Source: Bacteroidota bacterium
GTDB lineage: Bacteria; Chloroflexota; Anaerolineae; Aggregatilineales; Phototrophicaceae
Length of the DNA stretch: 64,000 nt
Assembly (NCBI GenBank): GCA_027492915.1
Contig: JAPUDW010000239.1
Location: forward strand, 112 to 64,111
Direction: 5' to 3'
A program made the translations under genes and the position numbers. The first letter of the stretch is position 1. Every line of letters begins with the position of its first letter. Positions 56,327-64,000 of the stretch are shown piece by piece. The notes below the pieces were generated by a model. The model was not told where the DNA came from, ran no database searches, and saw only the letters and a list, made by a program, of their open reading frames with translations.

Positions 56327-56830
56327 GGGGTGATGGCTCCGGTACGAAAGAAAAACTAGCGCGTGGCATCATACCCCAAAACCTCACAAAAGTTAAGTGT
56401 TGGCTGTTATTGCTACATGTCTACACATTATCGTACACGGGCGGTATTTATTGCGCCCACACAAAATGATAGGATGTAGGGAAAAGGCGGTGCGTAGCCT
56501 CCTGTGGATGTCTCCTCCGTGCCACCCGCAAACGCTGTTTCGACATAATAAGCCCTCCCTAACGTTTGAATTCAGTATGTATATTCATACCGTACCTTCA
56601 TAACTGTGTAAAAAATAAGCCTTTTTTGCCTGTTATCGCCTGTTTTACAGGCAAATAAAAAGGAATGGCTTTTGACCATCCCTCTGTATTGATCTTGGCG
56701 TTCTCTGCGTCTTGGCGGTTAAACCGTATTTCTGCTTTCTCCGTATTCCTCTGCACTCTCCGCGTCTCTGCGGTTCAATCGCCTTTGTCTTTGTATTCTC
56801 TATATTCTTTGTGCCTTTGTGGTAAATGTA

Positions 56831-58342
56831 TTACAACAGCGGCGACTTTTCCATTTCCTCATAATCACACGCCACTTCACGCCACGCCCGCCCGATGCGC
56901 TTTAGCCCGTCCTCGATCTCCGGTGGCTTCTGCGACCCGAAGTTAATCCGCATCCGGTGGCTTCCACAGCTATTGGTGTAGAACACGCTGCCGATGGCAT
57001 ACGCTGCCCCCATATGAATAGACGTGATATACACTTCGGCTGATGTTGGGCCATTCTTCGGCAGGTTCACCCACAAATACAAGCCGCCTTCCGGCACCGT
57101 CCAACGTGACCCCGGTGGCAAATGCTTGGTTGCAGCCGCAATCGCCACATCCCGCCGCCGCTTCAATTCACGGTTGTTGCGTTCAAGCTGCTGCGCCAAC
57201 ACCCCGCGCTGAATCATCAGGTGCATCGTCCGTTGGTTCAAGCTTGGTGTCGAAATATCCGCCGCCTGCTTCACCCGCACCAGCCGCTCGTAGTGATGAT
57301 TGTCGGTAATGATGTAACCGATCCGCAAACCCGGCAGCATCATCTTGGTGAAGCCGCTGGCATGAATGACGATTCCGGTGTCGTCCAACGCCTTCAACGG
57401 TGGCAACGATTCGCCTTCAAACCGCAGTTCATGGTAAACACTATCTTCTAACACTGGAATTTGGTAGTGGTTAGCCAGATTAAGAAGCTGCCGACGACGG
57501 TGCAGCGGCATCACCGAACCCGTTGGATTTTGGAAGGTCGGCATCACATAAATCAACTTCGGACGGTTATCGAGGATGAAGTTCTCCAGCATATCCAGCC
57601 GGATGCCTTGTTCATCCACATCAATCCCGTGTAACTGCACCCGCCGTGTCCTCGCAATGTCGATCATACCGAGGTAAGTCGGGTTCTCCGTCACCATCAG
57701 GTCGCCTTCGGAAAGCAGCGCTTGCACCACCATATCGCACGCCTGCTGCGTCCCACCCGTAATCAACACTTGGTCAGGCGAACAGTGAATCCCCAATCCG
57801 CTGACGTAATCCCGCACGGCACTCCGCAGTGGCGCATACCCTTCGGCAATTTCGTAGCTCATCGCTTTCGCCCCGTCGCGGTCAAGCACCGTATTGATGG
57901 CATCCCGTAGATGCTGCATCGGGAAGAAATCCCCCGGCGGTGCCCCCTGCGCAAAGCTGATAATCCCCGGCTTCCGTGCCATACGCATCATCTCGCGCAG
58001 TGAACGGTCTGGTGTGGTCGGCGCTTCCGGCGTACTCGTTTTCACATGCCCATTACCGTTTTCGGATGGGGCAGTCGGGTTGTTCGCATCACCGGCGATG
58101 AATGTGCCGCGTCCTGCATGGGCGCTCAAGAAGCCTTCAGCCCGCAGTTCGGCGTAGGCATTCACCACGCTAATACGGCTGATGTTCAACTGTTGGGCGA
58201 GGTCGCGGCTGGCTGGCAGTCGCGTTCCGGCGGAAAGCGTACCGCTCTCGATTTGGGAGCGAATGTGGCGGATAAGCTGCCGGTAGATGGGTTCTTCACC
58301 TTCGCGTTCCAGTCCGATAGCCAGTTTAGAGGGGTTTAGCAT
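56831..58342 (-). CDS. MocR/GabR family regulator (GntR HTH plus PLP aminotransferase domain)
   Basis: PIYRQL...I..G.L..G.RLPASR.LA..L.ISR..V..AY; PTFQNPTG, SGFTK...PGLRIG. Confidence 0.93.
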   Translation of the reverse strand: MLNPSKLAIGLEREGEEPIYRQLIRHIRSQIESGTLSAGTRLPASRDLAQQLNISRISVVNAYAELRAEGFLSAHAGRGTFIAGDANNPTAPSENGNGHVKTSTPEAPTTPDRSLREMMRMARKPGIISFAQGAPPGDFFPMQHLRDAINTVLDRDGAKAMSYEIAEGYAPLRSAVRDYVSGLGIHCSPDQVLITGGTQQACDMVVQALLSEGDLMVTENPTYLGMIDIARTRRVQLHGIDVDEQGIRLDMLENFILDNRPKLIYVMPTFQNPTGSVMPLHRRRQLLNLANHYQIPVLEDSVYHELRFEGESLPPLKALDDTGIVIHASGFTKMMLPGLRIGYIITDNHHYERLVRVKQAADISTPSLNQRTMHLMIQRGVLAQQLERNNRELKRRRDVAIAAATKHLPPGSRWTVPEGGLYLWVNLPKNGPTSAEVYITSIHMGAAYAIGSVFYTNSCGSHRMRINFGSQKPPEIEDGLKRIGRAWREVACDYEEMEKSPLL

Positions 58343-58575
58343 TTCAAGTGTGCATCCATACCAATTGTGTGATTGTGTCTCAACGTATCATGGGTCAAGT
58401 TTACCATAAGACCACATATATCCAAATTGGTCTTTTGGACAGTGTGTTTCCTTAAAGCTTGGTTGTGAGCCGCATCTACCCCTTCCTGCCCTAAAAGCAT
58501 GGAGCTTGTAAATTTTTGTAAATTGAATGTTTTTCTAATTGAACTGTGAATATGTGTTTCGGGCTGTTGTACTTC

Positions 58576-59340
58576 TTAGCCAAGTATTTTCTGAATTGTG
58601 AACAGCACGAATTGCCACGCTTCATTCCGCGTCAATGCACCGTCGGCATCCTCGCGCCATGCCAATCGCCATGCAACCGCATTATTAATCAGGCTTGCCC
58701 ATTCGGGGTATTCCTGCGCTGCCCACGCTGCGGCCTTTGGCTTGCTCACTTGCTGCCCGTGCTTCACCGTGTATAAGGCGCGGCACATCGTCAATATCGC
58801 GTAGGCTTGGCTGGGTCGTCGCTCAAGCTCCGCCACACGGTTTCGCCACTCGGCCAAATAAATTTTCACGTTGTCGATGAACTCGTCGATGCTGATGGGC
58901 GCGATCATCTGCTCAACGGGCGCACCAAACACCGTTAAGCCGTTGTTGCGCACCACATACCAGTTAATCAGCCAATCATGCCCCGCCTCAACCATGTGGA
59001 ACGGCTCACCGGGACTCATAATGCCCATCGGTGTGCTTTCAGTACGGAAGGTTTGCAACCCGTGGCGCGACAGATAAGCGATTTCCAGCCGCCCCGCCCA
59101 TTCGGGGTGCGCGGTTGCCCAATCGGTATGCATCTTATCGAGCGCTGCGAAATCGGTCGGGTTCAGGTCGCTATCCAGCGCCACCAGCAGGTCAATATCG
59201 CTGACAGTCTCATCGAAGTCGCCCATCACCAGCGACCCGAATACATAGACACCCAGCAGCTTGCCGCCGAAGATAACCTGCATCCCTGCCAAGAGTTCAC
59301 GAATGAGGGCTTGAACGGTGAGTTGGGATATATTTTCCAT
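58576..59340 (-). CDS. Nucleotidyltransferase with DUF4111 (aminoglycoside adenylyltransferase-like)
   Basis: GVYVFGSLVMGDFD..SDIDLLV, YAILTMCRALY, SK..AA.WA; start at MENI. Confidence 0.85.
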   Translation of the reverse strand: MENISQLTVQALIRELLAGMQVIFGGKLLGVYVFGSLVMGDFDETVSDIDLLVALDSDLNPTDFAALDKMHTDWATAHPEWAGRLEIAYLSRHGLQTFRTESTPMGIMSPGEPFHMVEAGHDWLINWYVVRNNGLTVFGAPVEQMIAPISIDEFIDNVKIYLAEWRNRVAELERRPSQAYAILTMCRALYTVKHGQQVSKPKAAAWAAQEYPEWASLINNAVAWRLAWREDADGALTRNEAWQFVLFTIQKILG

Positions 59341-59388
59341 ACCTCGATCATAACGCACTTTTGTAAGGCGGTCGAAGCGTTTTCGCAA

Positions 59389-59419
59389 TAAAAAAGCCTG
59401 TTGTTCATACAGGCTCTTT
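59389..59419 (-). terminator. Intrinsic terminator of the small gene
   Basis: AGCCTGT-loop-ACAGGCT with an A-tract on the plus strand. Confidence 0.6.
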
Positions 59420-59444
59420 CATTTGGGTTGCTTGTTCAATTGTG

Positions 59445-59591
59445 TCAGACTTGGCTGCGGCGGGTGACCATGTTGTAGATGAAACCGATGATCGCCAGCA
59501 CCAGTAAAACGTGGATGATTGCACCACCAACATTGGCAACCAACCCCAACAACCACAAGACTAAAAGGATACCAATAATTGTCCAGATCAT
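59445..59591 (-). CDS. lmo0937 (DUF5670) family small membrane protein, 48 aa, missing from the ORF track
   Basis: MIWTIIGILLVLWLLGLVANVGGAIIHVLLVLAIIGFIYNMVTRRSQV; SD AGGGAG. Confidence 0.9.
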   Translation of the reverse strand: MIWTIIGILLVLWLLGLVANVGGAIIHVLLVLAIIGFIYNMVTRRSQV

Positions 59592-59762
59592 GAGAACACA
59601 CTCCCTTTGTTAGCTGATCGTGCTCAACAACTTGTTAAACATTTCTATCATTACTATAGGGGTGTATTCAGTCCGAAACATCATTCTGTCGATGGGTTAT
59701 CGAGTAGCCCTATCGGATAGTTATAGGCTAGTGCTTTACCTGCGCTTCATCCTCAATTCTGC

Positions 59763-60536
59763 CTATATCACGCTTGGTTTCCGGCTCGGCGCGGGTGTGC
59801 TCGCCTTATGCAGGGTGTAACCACCGTCCACTGCCAGCACTGCGCCCGTCAGGTAACGCGCGTCCGGTGAGGCCAGCAAACGGCACACCGAAGCAATATC
59901 CGCGAACCTTCCCAACCGCTGCATCGGCACCGCCTGTTCGATGAGCGTTTGGCTGTCCGCGTTCAGGTAATCGGCTGACCAAGTATCCGGCAGCCAGCCC
60001 ATCGCCACCACATTGACAGTAACTCCGTGCGGAGCCAGTTCGACCGCCGCCAGCCGTGCCGGAACATGTAAAGCCGCCAACGAGGTCGCCACCACGCTCA
60101 AATCGGCATGTGCGCTTAACGCCGCCACTGACGACAGCACCAGAATGCTGCCACCGCGCTCTTGCATCTGTAGCAGTTTGCCAGCCGCCCGCAGCGTGTA
60201 CACACTCGCCTCAAAATTATCGTGCAGCGCCGCGTCCCAATCAGCCGGTGTGCTGTCGAGGAAGCTCACCGCCTTGAACCACCCCGGCGCGATAATCACC
60301 ATATCGACTTGTCCAATAGCCCCTAGTTCCGCATCCAGCATCATCGGATCATCAAACGTTAGCACAACCATTTGGGCGTTCAAAGGCGCGGCAATTTGCA
60401 AAGCCGCCTTTGTATCCGCCGCCGTATGGCCGAGGATAATTTTCATCCCCGCCGCATGTAATTCACCCGCAACCCCCGCCACCGTCGAAAGTGATTTGCC
60501 AATCAATAGGGCGGTTTTATTTTTGACATAAACCAA
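59763..60536 (-). CDS. SDR family oxidoreductase with degenerate catalytic motifs
   Basis: ELAPHGVTVNVV, P..RLG...D.A, TG..L.VDGG; no TGxxxGxG and no YxxxK. Confidence 0.8.
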   Translation of the reverse strand: MVYVKNKTALLIGKSLSTVAGVAGELHAAGMKIILGHTAADTKAALQIAAPLNAQMVVLTFDDPMMLDAELGAIGQVDMVIIAPGWFKAVSFLDSTPADWDAALHDNFEASVYTLRAAGKLLQMQERGGSILVLSSVAALSAHADLSVVATSLAALHVPARLAAVELAPHGVTVNVVAMGWLPDTWSADYLNADSQTLIEQAVPMQRLGRFADIASVCRLLASPDARYLTGAVLAVDGGYTLHKASTPAPSRKPSVI

Positions 60537-60837
60537 CGTAACCTAAACTATTTACCAAAGAAAAACAATTTTGATTTAGCTTATATATCTACGGTTAATC
60601 TCTGTGTGTAGGCATTAAGTTAAACGTTATTTTCAGATACAATGTCTCGCGTCCCTACAAAAATTCGGTTGTGTAGGGACAGCATACATGCTGTCCGGTT
60701 ATCTAAATACCACAAAAATCCCTGTCTTGATGCAAATAGGGATTCTTTTTCCCCTCTCTTATTCCCCTCCCTGTTACTACGGCTATCGCGACTGAGCCTG
60801 CGAAGGTTGCCGATGCGGGCTAGGGGTGGGGTTGGTT

Positions 60838-61623
60838 TCAATACTTCCCAATCGACAGGCCGCCATCCAAACGGATGCCCACACCTGTCACATAACCGCC
60901 ATCCGCCGCCAGATACACCACCGCCCGCCCCATCTCATACGGCTCACCCGGCCGTTTGAGCGGTATCGCTTGCCGCTGCCGTTCGACACCTTCTGCTGTT
61001 TGTAGGTCGGGGGTTGGGTCATTCAACGCCGACTGCACCCAGCCGGGGCCGATATGGTTCACGGTAATGTTGTGCGGCGCGAGTTCCAACGCAAGGCTGC
61101 TCGTGAAGATGTGCATGGCGTACTTGGTCGCGCCGTAAATCGGGTTAATCGTGAACTGCACATCCGCTTGCACCGATGAGGTGATGATGATGCGCCCGCC
61201 ATCCCCCTGTGCGATCATCTGTCGCGCGGCGGCTTGGCACACATACACATTACCTTTGATGTTGACGTTCACCACCGCCTGTAAATTTTCCGGTGTGGTT
61301 TCCATCAGCGGCTGCCAGCGGATAATCCCCGCGTTGCTAGCAACAATATCCACGCGCCCCATCTCGCTCACCGCACGGTCGAACATCGCGTTAACCTGCG
61401 CCACATCGGTCACATCCGCCGATACCGCCAGCGCCCGGCGCCCGATTGCCCGTAGTTCCGCCGCTCGCTGCTCCAGCGCCGTCACCTGTGACACATCGTT
61501 CACTATCACATCCGCGCCTTCATCCGCCAGCGCCCTTGCAATCCCCCAGCCGATGCTGCGCTCATTCGCCGCGCCCGTCACCAGCGCCACTTTCCCTTGT
61601 AACCGCATACCTGCCTCACTCAT
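60838..61623 (-). CDS. SDR family oxidoreductase
   Basis: VTGAANERSIG, SNAG, YGATK, LDGG. Confidence 0.92.
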   Translation of the reverse strand: MSEAGMRLQGKVALVTGAANERSIGWGIARALADEGADVIVNDVSQVTALEQRAAELRAIGRRALAVSADVTDVAQVNAMFDRAVSEMGRVDIVASNAGIIRWQPLMETTPENLQAVVNVNIKGNVYVCQAAARQMIAQGDGGRIIITSSVQADVQFTINPIYGATKYAMHIFTSSLALELAPHNITVNHIGPGWVQSALNDPTPDLQTAEGVERQRQAIPLKRPGEPYEMGRAVVYLAADGGYVTGVGIRLDGGLSIGKY

Positions 61624-62000
61624 TATCTTCCCGTAGGGAATGGTCTCAGAGCATGTTTAAAAAGGTTGAATATTAATCTGTGTAGGGACGCAGCACTCTG
61701 CGTCCTCATCACCCCTCACAACCATCATTTTCTTGTAGGGAATGGTCTCAGACCATTCCGTTTTCGAGCCATATGCAGTTGCAAAACACCTTCTCAGACC
61801 ATTCCGTCTTGCTTTATAAGAAAGTGAGGACGTTATTACACCGCATTTATGACTCCCTCCATCGCTTGCGGGGGAGGGCTGGGGTGGGGGTACTTGCGCC
61901 ACAATCCTCCCGTGTATTTGCTCCCTTCTCCCCTGTTACTATGGGCTATCGGCGGAATGAGCCTGCGAAGATAGCCGATGTGGGCTGGGGAGAAGGGGGT

Positions 62001-63035
62001 TTACCCCGCCGGATAAAATATCGTCTTAATCCCTGTTTTATCCTCGAACGTGTCAAAACCCTTCTTCCAATCCGTCACCTCGAAGGCGTGGGTAATCAAC
62101 GGCTTGGTCTGCACCTTGCCTTCACCCATTAGTTGCAGCGCCCGTATCCACGACGACGGTACGCTGGCGTTCGTGCCGGTAGCGATCAGTTCCTTGTACA
62201 CCAACTGGTCGACATCCCAACCGATTGACCGCCCGAATAACCCGATTTGCACATAGCGCCCGCGCCGCCGCACCAACTTAAGTAAGTGTTGCGCCGCAGG
62301 TTCCGCCCCTGCGCATTCGTATACCACGTCCGCCCCCAACCCCTCGACCGTCAAATCGGCGATAAGCTGCTCGGCGTTTTCCTTCTGCACGTTGACGATG
62401 TAATCCGCACCCAACTGCTTCGCCATCGCCAAGCGGTGTTCATCCGCGTTTGTACCCAGCACCACCACCATCGCCCCCGCTGCCTTGACGACCTGTAACG
62501 TCAGCAGGCCAATTGCCCCCGGCCCCGCGATCACCGCCACATCCCCCGGCGAAACCGTTGGCGTGTTCGTCACCGCATGAACGACGCACGCCAGCGGCTC
62601 GGTCAGCGCCCCCGCTTGGAAGTCCACATTCTCCGGCAGCAGGTGAACGTTCTGCGCTGGCACAATCACGTAATTCGTGAAGCCGCCATTTACCCGCGAG
62701 CCAATCGACCGCCGGTTCATGCACAGGTTCACTTGTCCTGAACGGCAGTAACGGCACTGTCCGCACGATGCGAAATAGGTCTCCGTTGTGACGCGCATCC
62801 CCGCCTCAAGGCCGCTCACACCCTTGCCCACTTCCGCAATCTCCGCCGCTACCTCATGCCCCAGCACCACCGGCGGGATGTACTTGAACTCATCTTTGAG
62901 GATGTGCAGATCAGTGCCGCACAACCCCGCTGCCTTCACCCGCAGCTTCACCTGTCCTTCGCCCACCTGCGGCTCGTCGATGTCACGTACCTCGACGTTC
63001 CCCACACCCAACGCCACCTTCATAATCGCTTTCAT
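62001..63035 (-). CDS. Zinc-dependent alcohol/polyol dehydrogenase
   Basis: CGTD.H, GHE, CGQCRYC...NLC, GPGAIG. Confidence 0.93.
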   Translation of the reverse strand: MKAIMKVALGVGNVEVRDIDEPQVGEGQVKLRVKAAGLCGTDLHILKDEFKYIPPVVLGHEVAAEIAEVGKGVSGLEAGMRVTTETYFASCGQCRYCRSGQVNLCMNRRSIGSRVNGGFTNYVIVPAQNVHLLPENVDFQAGALTEPLACVVHAVTNTPTVSPGDVAVIAGPGAIGLLTLQVVKAAGAMVVVLGTNADEHRLAMAKQLGADYIVNVQKENAEQLIADLTVEGLGADVVYECAGAEPAAQHLLKLVRRRGRYVQIGLFGRSIGWDVDQLVYKELIATGTNASVPSSWIRALQLMGEGKVQTKPLITHAFEVTDWKKGFDTFEDKTGIKTIFYPAG

Positions 63036-63415
63036 AAAAAACCTTTATCACACAAACGCATTAAGTAATGCAATCGATTGCATAAAGTCTATCGTGCGGT
63101 ACACACTTTATCAAGCAGCAGGTAAATCAGAGGGTGAGCGAATTCCCTCCATCGCTTGCGGGGGAGGTGTCGCGTTAGCGACGCAGGGGTTAATATATCC
63201 CAATCGTATTTGGGATATAGTCGCCTGAAATGTGAACAAATGTTTAAATTTTGGGATATAACTTGGGATAAAAGCGAGAAGGTATTGCGATTTGTGTCTG
63301 TTGGGATTTGCCGACGGCAGGATTTGCCAGCGGCAAATCCCTACCATTCTCACTGATTATATCTTCTCCCCTCCTTGTTACTACGGGGAGGGGCTGGGGG
63401 TGGGGTCGAAACCGC

Positions 63416-64000
63416 CTACCGCGTCACCTGCATCGGCATAATCACACTAACAAAGTCGTCGCGGTTTTCCGGTCGGATGACACCGGGGTTCGCGGCACCG
63501 TTGCTTTGCAGCACCACACGTTCGTCGTTGATGACGTTCAGCACGTCGATCAGGTAGCGGATGTTGAAGGAGATGGTCAGCGCTTCACCTTCGACTGAAG
63601 CATCCAGCATACCTTCGTTATCACCGCGTTCAGCCGACATACCGACGATGGTCACAGCACCGGGTTCACCGGGGCCAGCAGCCGGCTTGACCAGTAGCTT
63701 GGCGCTGTAAGCCGAGTCACGGGCGAAAATTTCCGCACGTTTGCAGGCAGCCAGCAGGTCGCTGGTATACATCACCGATGAGGTCACATAGGCGCGTGGG
63801 ATGATTGCTGCGAAATCGGGGAACTTACCTTCCAGCAGCTGCGTCGCCACGTCGGTGTGCTTCATATGGAACAGCACAATATCACGTTCTTTCGGCAGCG
63901 TGATCGTCACCACATCGTCATCATCGCCGATAATCCGACCGACTTCCGTCAGCGCCTTAGCCGGAATAACAATGTCGATCCGCTTGGTGAACATCTGCTC
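63416..64000 (-). CDS. dnaN: DNA polymerase III beta clamp (3' part; runs off the window)
   Basis: VIPAKAL.EV.R, LLEGKFPDF..IIP, ISFN.RYL.DVL, VIMPM. Confidence 0.95.
   Translation of the reverse strand, partial: EQMFTKRIDIVIPAKALTEVGRIIGDDDDVVTITLPKERDIVLFHMKHTDVATQLLEGKFPDFAAIIPRAYVTSSVMYTSDLLAACKRAEIFARDSAYSAKLLVKPAAGPGEPGAVTIVGMSAERGDNEGMLDASVEGEALTISFNIRYLIDVLNVINDERVVLQSNGAANPGVIRPENRDDFVSVIMPMQVTR

Noticed and set aside
58576-59340. Bona fide aminoglycoside resistance gene (aadA) or toxin-antitoxin pair
   Set aside because: Only family-level motifs, no mobile context and no HEPN partner; the substrate cannot be inferred.
63040-63415. oriC next to dnaN
   Set aside because: I saw no cluster of TTATCCACA DnaA boxes; the region holds REP-like repeats, and dnaA is not in the window.

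Overview
Chromosomal window of a GC-moderate bacterium. The gene content (MalT-like LuxR regulator plus small partner, PT-rich secreted proteins, bactofilin-like membrane protein in an ECF operon, Uma2 nuclease) suggests Chloroflexota/Anaerolineae; this is inference. It holds about 55 CDS for housekeeping, regulatory, envelope and carbohydrate functions and ends in the 3' part of dnaN. I found no rRNA, tRNA, CRISPR array, integrase or transposase. Intergenic DNA is full of small repeat families: GTAG-type and CCCT-type REP-like palindromes, 9-bp purine-rich repeats and heptamer repeats, some of which sit in frame inside a membrane protein. The most notable observations are: (1) a ~510-bp non-coding mosaic of different 9-bp-periodic blocks with nested inverted repeats (15.3-15.8 kb), with a related copy at 47.1 kb; (2) three identically spaced OmpR-type promoters next to a two-component system, the third apparently driving an unannotated ~110-nt C-rich-loop sRNA; (3) an ATPase-less Clp-N/SHOCT-like three-gene module, followed by a candidate ECF-driven sRNA; (4) two tandem secreted proteins that each carry both a cohesin and a dockerin; (5) cassette-like low-GC genes bounded by direct repeats. 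All protein calls come from motif recognition by eye; no searches were run.
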